Positions 11,075-23,523 are shown, counted from the first letter of the stretch. The stretch is DNA of 64,000 nucleotides from Anthoceros angustus (GCA_010909165.1 MU008196.1:62001-126000); one strand, 5' to 3'. Translations and numbers: made by a program. The notes: generated by a model not told the origin, from the letters alone.

Positions 11075-12850
11075 GTGACCAAGGTGCATAAAACGCTTGG
11101 TCACTTCGGTGTCAAACGAACGCATCATATGCTCAAGAACACATACTTCTGGTCAGGTATGTATGCGGACGTTGAGAAGATGGTTGCCAAGTGCGCCGCG
11201 TGCGATGCCGTAAAAGCCAGATTTAACAGCCAAGATGTCATGCTGCACTCACTGCCTATCAGGGGGCTTTTCTTCAGGTGGTCCGTAGACTTGATGCCTG
11301 AACTGTGCCAGTTACCAGAGGCAATCGACATTGTATGCTCATGATAGAACATTTCTCGAAGTGGGTGGAGTTAGCCTTCCTTCCGGTCAGAAGCTCACAG
11401 TACACTGCGCGAGCCTTCTTGCAATGTGTTCTTAGTAGATATGGGAGTTGTGCTGAAGTATTGACGGATCAAGGCAATGAATTCAGAGGTGAGTTTCAAG
11501 CGCTGCTCGACCGTAGCTTGATTGATCACAGGCGGACATCACGAGACCATCCACAAGCTGATGGGTTAGCGGAACGGCTGGTTCAGACCTTCAAGGATTC
11601 GCTTCGCAAGTACTGCACCGAAATTGAGCCTAGTTGTTGGGATGAGTTGCTGCCATATGTGGCATTAGGTTACATGATAAGCGTACAGGCGGCGTTGGGC
11701 AACTTCAGCCCATATTACATCATGTTTGGCCGAAATGCAGTGATGCCAAACATTGTAGCAGATACATACTCCAAGCCGGTGAACTGGGCACAGGATCCTG
11801 AAGCATGTCTTTCAGAGTTGCAACAGAGAACGAAGTTGTTTCAACGAGTGATGCCAATGGCGATGGACAATCTGGCCATAGCACAGCACCGGGATCAGCT
11901 TAGATATGCGTTCACAAGAGGTGGTTCGTGGAAACCAAAGGCGAGAAAATTTGAAGTGGGTGATTTCGTGTATTTACAGCATCGGCCTTCCGCACTTTAG
12001 ACGCCGGCCACGCTAATCTTCGTGGTCCGTAGACTTGATGCCCGAACGCTTGCCACAAGGTGGCAATCGACATTGTATGCTCATGATAGAACACTTTTCA
12101 GTGGGTGGAGTTAGCCTTCCTTCCTATTTAAGCTCACAAAGACACGCCCGAGCATTCTTGCAATGTGTTCTCAGAGATATGGGAGCGTGCCAAGTATTGA
12201 CGGATCAAGGCAATGAATTGTGAGGTGAGTTTCTGCGCTTGACCGTAGCTTGATTGATCACAGGATCGCCACGAGACCATCCACAAGTTGATGGTTGGCG
12301 AGCGTTGGTTGCAAACCTTCAAGGATTCGCAACATCGCATCCTGAGCTAGTTGTTGGGATGAGTTGCCGCCATATGTGGCATTAGGTTACATGATAAGCA
12401 TAAAAGCGGCAACTTCAACTTTCATATTACATCATGTTTGGCCGAAATGCAGTGATGCCAAACATTGTAGCAGATACATACTCCAAGCCTGAACTGGCAC
12501 AGATCCTGGAGCATGTCTTTCAGAGTTGCAACAGAGAACGAAGTTGTTTCAACGAGTGATGCCAATGGCGATGGACAATCTCGCCATAGCACAGGAGCAT
12601 CGGGATCAGCTTAGATATGCGTTCACAAGAGGTGGTTCGTGGAAACCAAAGGCGAGGAAGTTTGAAGTGGGTGATTTCGTGTATTTACAGCATCGGCCTT
12701 CTGGCACTTTAGACGTCAGCACAGGCCGCTTAATCTTACGCGTGGTGCGTATCGGAGAGCAAGGTGTAATTGAGTTGGAGGGACAGGATGGTCGCCGATG
12801 CAAAGAGCACATGCGGCATCTGGCACCTTGTCACCTACCCAACCTTGACA
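11075..12850 (+). CDS. Gypsy A integrase (with a local duplicated segment ~12020-12525)
   Basis: HKTLGHFG...CAAC zinc finger, DDE core (SVDL, TDQG, LAERLV), C-terminal KFEVGDFVYL...LRVVRIG. Confidence 0.93.
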
Positions 12851-12894
12851 CAAGGACGCAACCACAAGCGTGGAAGCCACCAATTGACCTGCCT

Positions 12895-13030
12895 TGCGGC
12901 TTTTGTGGCCACATCACGGATCCTGAGTTGATGCTCCTTTGTGACCAATGTAACGGTGGGTATCACATCTTTTGTTTGCGTCCGCCGCTTAAAGAGATCC
13001 CAGATGGAGATTGGTTACACACCAATGCCT
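12895..13030 (+). CDS. PHD finger at the integrase C-terminus
   Basis: CGFC...MLLCDQCNGGYHIFCLRPPLKEIPDGDW; the duplicate at ~13385-13510 supplies the W-F-C-H ending. C4HC3 pattern. Confidence 0.9.
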
Positions 13031-14279
13031 TCCGGATGTTGAATTCGAGATGGGGGCCCGGCCACCGTCGTGAGGTGAGTTCGCCACCACGAATTAGGTT
13101 ACGTACACCGGCAGTCGTCGTTGTCGGCAGCAAACGCTGTGTGGGAGTGAGAAGGGTAACTCAGCGGTGATGTGAAGGAGAGTGTGAGAATTTGAGGAAC
13201 CGGGTTCTTTACACGAAGTGAGGTTTGAGGCGGTCTGGGTGTGGTCGATGGTGCAGGGGTAAGCACAATAGAGTGGCAAGAGGTCGTGGAATCAAAGAGC
13301 ACCGGCGCATCCGCACCTTGTCACCTACCCAACCTTGACACAAGGACGCAACCACAAGCGTGGAAGCCACCAATTGACCGCCTTGCGGCTTTTGTGGCCA
13401 CATCACGGATCCCGACGATGCTCCTTTGTGACCAATGCAACGGTGGGTATCACATCTTTGTTTGCGTCCGCCGCTTAAAGAGATCCTGATGGAGATTGGT
13501 TCTGCCACCTTTCCATGATGTTGAATTCGAGATGGGGGCAAGACCACCCGCCTCCGTGAGCCTGCCCACCTAATTAGGGTTACCGACATAAGCGGCCGTC
13601 GGTTGTCCGGGCAAGTAACGGTAGGAGTGAGAGAAGGTGACTCAAGCGGGTGATGTGAAGGAGAGTGTGAGAATTTTGGAGGAACCAGTTCTTTACCCAA
13701 GTGAGGTTTCGGCAAGATTGGTGTGGTCGATGGTGCAGGGGTAAGCACAATAGAGTGACGAAGAGGTCGTGGAATCAAAGAGGCACCGACGGCGGCCATG
13801 ACTCCAATAAGGCCCGAGAGTTGCATGATGGACGGGGCGCAATGTGAGACATACTCACCGATCCTGCGAAGAAATAGCAAGCTAACGGTCAGGACGGGAG
13901 GGGTGAAGGAGCGCAAGCATCGGTTGGTAAAATTGCCATGCTTCCAAAGCCAGACAGCGGCATCATCCGCGTTTGTTATGTGAGATTTTCAAGTCTTTGT
14001 ATGTTGTAGCCCAGCGTGAGGCTTAGCTGATGGTGACATCGTGGGAATTTGCCATCAGGCGAACACCTGTTGGGGCGCTATGGTGCGTTGAAGACACTGC
14101 TGTTGTTCATTGCCGCACAGAGTGTTCCGTTTGCCTTGCAGCTGCCAAGGGAGATTGCCTCATTCAGGGCGTCACGGGCTGCAAAAGGGGGCACTCTTGC
14201 TATTGTGAGCTGGTTCGCTAGGATTGGGGCTACATGCGAGCAGTGACCAACATATCTTCGTGAGGACAGTTGCCTTATT

Positions 14280-14991
14280 ATGGACCCAGAGGCAGATTAT
14301 ACCTGCAAAACTTGCTTTCGAAGATTGCAGCATAGTGTTCCTCAATTTCCTGAACGTTCTTGGGAGGACAAATGGCAGGTGCCCTTGGTCCGGAAGTACA
14401 ATCCAGGGAAACCAGAGAGGCCAGAGACATTCTTGGAGCTACAAGCGTTTATGCTATATGTGGAGTCTCACCATGAGACTTGTAACATCGAGAACTTCCC
14501 ATATGATCACAGGGATTTGTTTGAGCTTGCGCGGGCATGAGCAAAGACATTTGTCCGACCGATTCTTGTGAAGGGGCGTTTAGCGGAGCATCACCTATTC
14601 ATGCATCGGTCTTGACCATTGGCCTCGGGAAGGATTTTTGGTTTACAAACAACAAGAGAAACCTGCGATTCACCTTGATCTCAAGGTGTGGCTCGATCCC
14701 ACAGCCGAGAAGGCGGGGCGATATGCCATTGGATACCCCAGAGCCTTCTATCGACTGTTTGCATGTCTACGGACAGGGATTCTAGAATGGGATGAACCCA
14801 CCTCAGAATGCTGGTACTTGCTGAATAACAATGTTGGTGATTTCTTGCGTGCCCAGTGTGTTGAGAAACAGTACTATGTGAATGGATTGAATGGACCAGG
14901 TCTTGCGAGGTCAAGGCAGACTCGGCAGGATGAAGAGGAATTGATGGCTCGACATCGAGCTAAAGAAGCGGCCAGGGAAAGGCACAAGTAG
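14280..14991 (+). CDS. Extra 3' ORF of unknown function in Gypsy A (2-3 frameshifted pieces)
   Basis: Peptide blocks shared with element B 63306-63790: VESHHETCNIENFPYDHRDLFELAR vs VEEHHDCRVEHYPTEHR, and FYRLFACLRTGIL vs WFRVFHHLR-TGIM. Confidence 0.65.
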
Positions 14992-15171
14992 GCAGTATTT
15001 TGATCCAGAAGGCAGGCGAGTGGCGGCCTTGTTGGCCATGGGCCGCCGCGAACATGAGCGACCTTGAGCCTCAATTATGCGATAGCATGTTTCGAAGGTT
15101 CTATCGTAGGTTTTATGGAATCTGAGTGCCAAAGTGCTGCCCGACACGTGACCGCTCCTTTGGTAGAAATT

Positions 15172-16470
15172 TGTGTAATGCTGTTGTTTTAATCGAGTGA
15201 CACGGCTTATCTTAATCAGGGTTGTGAGTATGGTTTCATCATAATCACCCTTGCACGTGGCACCTTGTCATGAGAGCTATCGACCACCTTGTGACATGTA
15301 TGACATGTGGTAGTAGTGGTCATCTTGATATGTTCATGTATGCACCCATGCGCATAGTGTGTACGGCATGCATGCGTGTATGACATGTATGATGCATGTA
15401 TGGCGTGTGTGATGTATGTGTGGTGTGTGAGGACAACGGACGAAGACGAAATTAGCTGGGTCACGGCATCATTGCCCGATCACCCGGCAGCATGGCGGTA
15501 TGTTGGCGATCACGGCATCACGGCGCGATCACGGGCGCCGGATTCATCAAGAAGGCTGCAAGGTAGATAAAGGGGCAGGGTGGGAAGGCGGATTATGTCA
15601 TTCGATTGACCATCTGGATCCCAAGGGTTCTTTCGTGGTGAGCTTTGCAAAGGGGAGTGAGGGGTTTTGTTGGGAATAGGAGAAGAACTCATTTGTTGGT
15701 ATTGTTGTTTTTAGCAGGTGACACGGCTTATCTTAATCGTGGTTGTAGTATGGTTTCATCATAATCACCCTTGCACGTGGCACCTTGTCATGAGAGCTAT
15801 CACCATAGCGTGACACGCTTATCTTAATCGGGTTGTGAGTATGGTTTCATCATAATCACCCTTGCACGTGGCACCTTGTCATGAGAGCTATGCAAACCCG
15901 GTGACCCGGGCCATGACATGGAGTGGTACGTCTGTAGGTGGTCATCTTGATATGTTCATGTATGCACCCATGCGCATAGTGTGTACGCATGCATGCGTGT
16001 ATGACATGTATGATGCATGTATGACGTGTGATGTATGTGTGGTGTGTGTGTGTGTGAGGACGGACGAAGACATGAAATTAGCTGGGTCACGGCATCATTG
16101 CCGGTCCAGCAAGTGTATGGCGCGATTAAAATTGGGCATCACGGCACCCGACGCGGGCGCCCGGGATTCATCAAGAAGGCCGCGTGCGTGGGTAGATAAA
16201 AGGGGCATAGGCCGCGTGGGAAGGCGGATTGCTGATGTCTGTTCGATTGAGCGGCCATACGGATCCCAAGGGGTTCTTTCGTGGGCGAGCTTTGGCAAAG
16301 GGGGAGTGAGGGGTTTTTGTTGGGAATAGGAGAAGAACTCATTTTCTGTTGGTATTGTTGTTTTTAACTGAGTGACACGGCTTATCTTAATCAGGGTTGT
16401 GAGTATGGTTTCATCATAATCACCCTTGCACGTGGCACCTTGTCATGAGAGCTATGCAGCCACCGCGTGA
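15172..16470 (+). repeat. 3' LTR of Gypsy A present as tandem copies (~15172-15694, ~15695-16346, partial 16347-16470)
   Basis: Repeated unit TGTTG...GTGACACGGCTTATCTTAATC...GAGAAGAACTCATTT; unit ends match window 1-50. Left boundary approximate. Confidence 0.8.
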
Positions 16471-18377
16471 CACATGCATGTGCTCCCTTCTTGCTGTTGT
16501 TGTGCCTCTCCTTCCTCTCGCCTGTCATCCACTCGCGCTTTGTCCTCAAGCCTCGCATGATGCGCAGTTGCGCGCAACTCGCGAAGAGCCTCTGCAAGCG
16601 TCTTCCAGCTGGAGCAAGAACCTTACTGCATGTTGACTATGCAGGCGGGAGTGACTGGCGCGCCGCCACTAGGGCCCGGCACCCCCTCACCCTCTGGGGT
16701 TCGCCTTCCGCGAACCTACCTCTCGTGTAAGTTTTCCAGCCTCACCGATCCTCACAGCCGGGACCTCGTCCTTTCTAGCCGTTGGACCCGTTTTTAGGTC
16801 CGTTTTTCTTCCGACTCATCCGTCTAGTCGGGGGACTGCCATCCTGTCCGCCCGCTTCTCCATTGGCCACTCTTTGTTGCTGTCTTCCCGTCAGTAATCT
16901 GTTGATGAGAAAAAGAAAAAAAAAGAAAAAAGAAACCTAACTAATATGAACAAAGCTAGGAGGCATCCGCCTCTCTTCTAACCGTGGACCCAAAATTTGG
17001 CGTTCCACAACCGCGACTGGCAATTTGCAAGGGACTAGGTTCAAGGAGAAAATACAGGTCCAGCTGCTGGGCCACCCAAATGGCTAGTGATGGCTGGGCT
17101 ATGGACAAGTAGCCTCCCCCCATTAGAGATGGTGACGCGTGGAGGTAGTGAAGTTGTGGGAGTGTGCACGGTGGTTGCTCGTGAGGTTTGGGGTATTGTG
17201 GCAGAACCCTTCGTGGATCGTCTACGGTTCATGTTCGAGTTCAATCTGAGTGACTGGCGCGCCGCCACTAGGGCTCCGCACTGTCCTCCCGTCTGGGGTT
17301 CGCCTTCCGCGAACCTACCTCTCGTGTAAGTTTTCCTCAGCCTCACCGATCCTCCTCGACCTCCGTCCTTTCTAGCCGTTGGACCCGTTTTAGGTCCGCT
17401 TTTCTTCCGACTCATCCGTCTAGTCGGGGGATCATCGTCCGCCCGCTTCCATTGGCCACTCTTTGTTCTTTGTCTTCCGCCGATGCTGATGAGAAAAAGA
17501 AAAAAAAAGAAAAAAGAAACCTAACTAATATGAACAAAGCTAGAGGCATCCGCCTTTCTAACCGTGGACCCAAAATTTGGCGTTCAACCCCTGCAATTTG
17601 GTAAGGGACTAGGTTCATGGAGAAAATACAGTCCACTGGCCACCCAAATGGCTAGTGATGGCTGGCTATGGACAAGTAGCCTCCCCATTAGAGATGGTGA
17701 CGCGTGGAGGTGTGAAGTTGTGGGAGTGTGCACGGTGGTTGCTCGTGAGGTTTGGGGTATTGTGGCAGAACCCTTCGTGGATCGTCTACGGTTCATGTTC
17801 GAAGGGATGTGGGGTATGGTGGCTTGCACATCGATGCATCGGGTCCCTTGGAATGGGAGCTGATTGAAGCCCTCCCCGTGGTGCTATTAGTAGCCTCTCA
17901 CTTTTTACGAGGCGTGAGACATTCGGTAGGCCTGTTGATGCTCCGGGAAAGGTGCTCTACTTTTTTCAGCTATAGACATTGACACAGCCACTGGTGATTG
18001 AAGTGCGGAGGTTGGGAGACCGGATGGAGGTGCAAAGGCCGTGCGGAATTCGACTTCAACAGTGGGGGATGGTCATCCTCAAAGGCTCCCACAAGCACTG
18101 CCACCAGCTTGACGAGCGTGCGGACCTCGTAGACATTGCCGGTGATGTAAAGACGTGAGTGTGCCGATGAGGCGGTAAGGCGGTGTCCGGTGTGGGGGTT
18201 TTGTTCCAATTGGTCCGACCAATGGGAATGCACGCGGTGGCGTCCAGAGTTTTGTTCCAATTGGTCCAGCCAATGCGAATGCGCGCGGTGGCATCCAACT
18301 CGAGCGGGACAAGAAGAATGTGCACTTGGCGAGACTTGTACTTAGACGCATCCATTCTTTGCTCCCTAACCGAGATT

Positions 18378-18615
18378 GGGGCACTTCCTTTTAGTGTGAA
18401 CCTCCTTGTTCGGGGCACTTCCTTTTAGTGTGAACCTCCTTGTTCGGGGCACTTCCTTTTAGTGTGAACCTCCTTGTTCGGGGCACTTCCTTTTAGTGTG
18501 AACCTCCTTGTTCGGGGGACTTCCTTTTAGTGTGAACCTCCTTGTTCGGGGCACTTCCTTTTAGTGTGAACCTCCTTGTTCGGGGCACTTCCTTTTAGTG
18601 TGAACCTCCTTGTTC
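18378..18615. repeat. Minisatellite, 7 x 34 bp (GGGGCACTTCCTTTTAGTGTGAACCTCCTTGTTC)
   Basis: Seven head-to-tail copies, one substitution in copy 5, no spacers. Confidence 0.97.
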
Positions 18616-18822
18616 GAAGCTCCCGAAGTCCCGACTTGTTGGAAAGAGACGTGACACGAGGTCGAAAAGAGCTTCTCTTGCCGTCGATCACACGTCTTTT
18701 TGAAATTCCAATTCAAGTATATCAATAAAAGCAGTGAAAATAATTTCAAGTGAATTATCGCAGAAAAATGCCTAGAGGGGCTCGCCGTTTAGGGGTTAAT
18801 TGGAGAGGGCGCCCCTTCGCAC

Positions 18823-19790
18823 TGTACCGTACCCCGAGGGGTGGTTCAACAGGATAATGCCGAAATAATTATTTTTTGAAAAAAGATTCAATATAAATAT
18901 TTATATTTTTAAAATTTGAACATTTACAAAAAAATAGTTTTATTAAATTTTGATATTTATTGAAATATATAAATATATATATAAAACTAATGGATATGTA
19001 TAGACTTCTCCTAAACAGGCCCTAATTTTCCACACAAACAGTAACACCCCTCACTACGCAGCTAGTAAGGAAGCGACAAGTCTTGGCTTGACGGTCTCAC
19101 GACCTCGCCAATTCACTCCACAAGAGACTTGCACGATTCTCAACGCTCTCAACCTCACAGAACCGGGCTCCAAGTAGCCAGCGTCCCGACGACTCGCGAG
19201 CCACCTCCTCGAGGTCTTTGCTCTTTATTGCAAGAATACAACGATGGAATCTGGCTATCTACGCCCAACTGGCTACTGCCCTTGATTCCAAGCGACAAGC
19301 TCACTAGCTAGCTCTCCACAGCTCTCTCAACACAAGGCTTGCAACGCACACTTGCCTACTCTCTCAAAGAGTGAGTAACTTGTTCCTCAAAGCCCTTGCT
19401 CTAGCCCTTATATATCCCGCAGCCTGACCTTAACTAGGCAGCTATTAAATCTAGGGATTCTTACAGACCACTTATCACTAAGAGTCCTCTCTAGGCAGCT
19501 CTTCATTTGTGGCTGTAACAATTCCTCTCTAACAAGAGATTGCATGAAGCATGCAACACATGCATTTCTTAACAGGGCAGCTACTAACTTAGCTTTTTAT
19601 CTCTTTCAATTTTTCACCTTTCTACCTTACTTCATCAGTGCCGTTACTCAAAACCTACTTTCCTTGTTTTCGGTATCTTAAACTCATAAATTTTTACATA
19701 TTCAATAATTTAAGTATAATAATTTCTAGATTTTTAATTTTCACTAATTTTAATTAATTAACATCGAATCACCCCTTGGGGTATGATAGT
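18823..19790. mobile_element. Probable solo LTR (or TIR element) with imperfect terminal inverted repeats
   Basis: Starts TGTACCGTACCCCGAGGGGTGGTTC and ends GAATCACCCCTTGGGGTATGATA (16/18 inverted match over the core); TATA-like tract near 19410; no TSD recognised. Confidence 0.5.
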
Positions 19791-20050
19791 AAATGCCAAA
19801 TCCTTTACCACAACGCCAAATGGTCCGCGATTTCACAGAAATATGATATTCCAAGCACGTTCCAAGAGTCATAACACTCCCAAGACATTCAAACCTCAAA
19901 TGTCATCCACATCATCAAAAAGACCTAACAGATTTATTTTATTGCACTAGAATAAAGGCAGGAGATAATAACACTAGAATACATCTTCACAAGTTCCTGC
20001 CGCATTCTGCAGCAGCCTCAACACTCAAACCCAGGTGAAGCAAGCCATTA

Positions 20051-23000
20051 TTACCGTCGGCGTTCTCGCTGTATAGACAACAGAATTCCAGCAGCTGATT
20101 CAGGTGTCGCTACCACTGCTCGAGGGGCTACTTTAACCACACCTCCTTGGAGCTCACTAGAAAACTGACATGGCCGATCTTGATATTTGTCCACGACCGG
20201 GACAACAGGAAACAATGGAAGTGGATCTCTCATACTAGCACTGCTTTGCAAGGCCTCAACATCTGCATCCTCATCCCTGGTACATAAGTCCGTTCCTCTG
20301 TAGACACAGAGATCTCTTGGCCTCTTTTGAGACCGCTCATGATTCTGTTCTCCAGATATGCCATGCAGACCAGAAGCTGTATCTGTTGAGGCCTCCGCGT
20401 CAAAACTATCCATTTCTGATTGACACCTGTTCCAGCCTCCCTCTCTGTGTACCCTACTGGGTTCAGACTTATCTCCTGCACTCATGTTCTGTTGTAAGGA
20501 TCTGTGGGCAGTATTTGGTCCCTGCGAGTTTAACCTGTCCACATCTCTTGTCGAGTTCTCCTTGGGCGTAGAACCCATGGATGGTATTTGATACGTTCCA
20601 CACAGCTCGAAATTGGGCCGTGGAACCAGGGGTCTCCCCATTGCAGCCGCTGGAAATATATCTGCATACTCCAACGACTTGGTTACAGAACATTTTGCAT
20701 GATGATTTGGCTGAGGACCTTGAGACATATTGTACCATAAAGACATCGGATCACCTGCAGGCGCAGGTGCTGATGAGCCATAACATGAAGGATGTCTAGA
20801 GGCCCAAGAATAATACCTTGAGCAAGACTCTGAAAACAACTCAGACCATTTATCATAGCCAGAGAGGCCAAAAGACATCATGGACAGATGACCTGGTACA
20901 CTGACCACAGGGCGATATGGCCCATATGCACCTACAAGAGGACCTCCAGAAGGGGCAAAGGATGGAGGATAATGGCACATATATGTTCCTGTCCTGGCAG
21001 ACATGGCTCCCAGCCATGGATTTACGGGAAATGGGGGGTACCCCCAGGCATTTGGTACCTGGGGAAACAAAGCAGATACCTGTGAGACAGATCCTTGACC
21101 AATCCGACCCTGGGTTTCTGTGCTAGTAGATGCAGGACTTTCCTTACAGGAAGGTCCCTTTGCAGTCACAGCCTCTTTCTGCATAACACTGCTTGGGGCT
21201 GCCTTTCTACTTACACGTGATTTATGATAGGTTCCGGCATCATGAATTTTTGCTTTCTCACAGGCTTTCTCTATCGAGTTTGCAGCCACAAAATCACTAC
21301 ATCCTTCAGATACAGTGTAGTCCACACTTGGAGACATGGCCATAAGCTGCTGAACCTGCTCACAATCAGACCGTCCACTAATAAGCAATTTGCAGGGCTG
21401 AAAGCATCTCAAGCAATAACAAGGAACAGCAAGGACGTAGATGCTCAGGTGCCAACCTTAACCAACCGGTGAAGCTCAAAAACCTGGACAGAAAAAATTC
21501 TTTGCTGCCTGTGAACAGAGAGAGAAGCAGGGTATCACGCACAAGATTCAACAGAATCTACACACAGTGTCATCTAGCCTCCGAATCAATGTGTCTTGTC
21601 TCCATCCCTTAGCTCAAGTTGGCAATCGAAGTGTACCCCTTGATATAGCTCCACAGATTGTCAAGGCTAAAGCAGCTCATACTTGAGGTAGAAATGCATG
21701 ACGTAAAATGTGAGATTCAAACCATGGAAACAAAATTTACCTTAGGATAGCTTTCCGGGTTCTCCAGAACTCTTGTTGACCAATGGCCCCAATGACATGT
21801 CTAGGGGAGATCCTGTGAATGGTCATCGAGTCAACCATGGAGGAGTCTGAATCACCACCTGTACCACCAGCAACATATGAAGGTTCCGGAGCTTGTACCC
21901 CATTAACAGTTCTCTGGTGTTCAGAGTCTCCACTGCTTTCGAAACTGTCACTTTTGTATCCTTGTGGATGATGGTGCTTTTCAACATTAGGAGAAGCCTT
22001 GTGGATGGACGAGATATTGTTGAAATGATTGTCCTCTGTGTCAGTGATGCCGTCCTTTGGCAAAACAAGGCCGCTAGACATACCACAATCATGATCCTGA
22101 CCCCTGCCCCTAAAACCATGAAGATCTATGTGGCCAGGCATTGCACATTCGTCATGCATAGCACATCCCACTGCAATCTGTGCAGAAGCTGTAACAGACT
22201 CTTTCCTCAGGTCTTGAAATGAGCCTGGTTCCCGAAAATTGCCAGCTGATATAAGTGATTCATCAGGCCACCTGTCTCGCCGAGGGGACAGCACTTTCCC
22301 AAACACCTCAGGCAGCACCGTTCTGCACGGGCCTGAGTTACAGGCGGTAGAACCATTCAATTCAGAGATTGCCTTGCTTCGCCTCTCTGCACGACTACCA
22401 GTCTTCCCACTGCAGCTTCCAGTAGTGTCTTGCAGATCCTGACACACCAGTCCAGTTGCATCCTCAACATGTTCATCTCCAGCACCTGGCCCAGTCATGC
22501 CACTTACAGCGTTCAAAGAGCCTTCGTGCATGCTCTTCACACCTGTATCCTGAGATAGAGATGCCCCTAATTTGTTTTTGTGGGGCACGGAATATGTTGG
22601 CACAGTGAAATCATCTTCGTTCCTATGCTTCTTGGCGGCTACCAACTTCGGCTGATCAATGGAGTGAGCACCTGATACAACATTCAAAGTTGCAGGTCCT
22701 GGGCTAGGAGCAGAACTATCCACCTGCGAAACGCCAGGAACTCTTTGTAACTCTCCATCACCGTCAACAATGGTACTAGTACTGCTCCCAAGAGATGCGT
22801 GGCCTCCAAACTGTCGTCCCACGTTGGTACCCGTATATGCCAAAGGGGGCGCGACACAGTTTTGAGGATACATGTACCTCCTGTCATAGACCGAGTACTG
22901 CACATGAGGAGTCCACGGTTACAAAGATAACAACAGTGATGCAATAACAACTGCATGTCTTAACTGCTCATTTGGCTACCGGACAAAGATTTAGGTCCTC

Positions 23001-23447
23001 AAACTCGTGACAGCACTAAAGCAGAGATATCAGAACCCTACAATCGACCAACATTTTAAGGTCGAGACATTACTCGTTAACACGCTGGGAAAGTTGTGCT
23101 GCCTACAATCCCTCAAGCTACACTACTAACACAAGAAACGATCTATGAGAAATGGGCAGGTTAATAACCTGAGGAACAATCGGGACGGAGCCCGCCTTCA
23201 GTGCGGAACTGGGAAGGGGGAGGGACGACGACATGAACCTGTGTGAAGGTATCGTGAACTGCTCATACAAAGCCATCTTATTCCGTGGAGGGGCACGGGG
23301 CCCCACTTTGTTGGTCTCCTTGACGTGCAGCCGAGGAAATAAAGCTCCGGTCTCAAGGCCCCCTCCCTTAATGCCATCCCCTGACCCGTCATCCGCCCCT
23401 TTCATCCCACCAGCTGAAAGGGATTTGCTCACCACCTCATCATACAT
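20051..23447 (-). CDS. ELF3: EARLY FLOWERING 3 family clock protein, 4 exons: 23447-23169, 22897-21741, 21508-21457, 21355-20051 (~930 aa)
   Basis: Block [34 protein letters not shown]; block [49 protein letters not shown]; C-terminal VVKVAPR...[18 protein letters not shown] introns with consistent phases and a 52-nt exon 3. Confidence 0.95.
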
Positions 23448-23523
23448 CCTGCTATGGTTCCTTCTCTGCCAACTACCTTCCCACGTCCGCAGGGCCCGAC
23501 GCGGATATCCAACGACGCTTCCA

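Larger units (their letters stand above)
1..16470 (+). mobile_element. Ty3/Gypsy LTR retrotransposon A (gag-PR-DNMT-RT-RH-INT-PHD + extra 3' ORF), interrupted by a Copia element
   Basis: 5' LTR end at 1-50 matches the LTR copies at 15650-15694 and 16299-16346. Domain order PR-RT-RH-INT is Gypsy type. Motifs VLVDTGAD, YIDD, LYTDWS...YASR, HxxxGH...CxxC, TDQG, AERLV. Confidence 0.95.

Noticed and set aside
13790-14250. Second (amino-) methyltransferase or tyrosine recombinase after the PHD
   Set aside because: No NPPY/SPPF/DPPY or R-H-R-Y motifs seen and no visible counterpart in element B; the element has a DDE integrase, so it is not DIRS.
18378-18615. CRISPR-like array (34-bp repeats)
   Set aside because: Repeats are contiguous with no spacers, there are no cas genes, and the context is eukaryotic.
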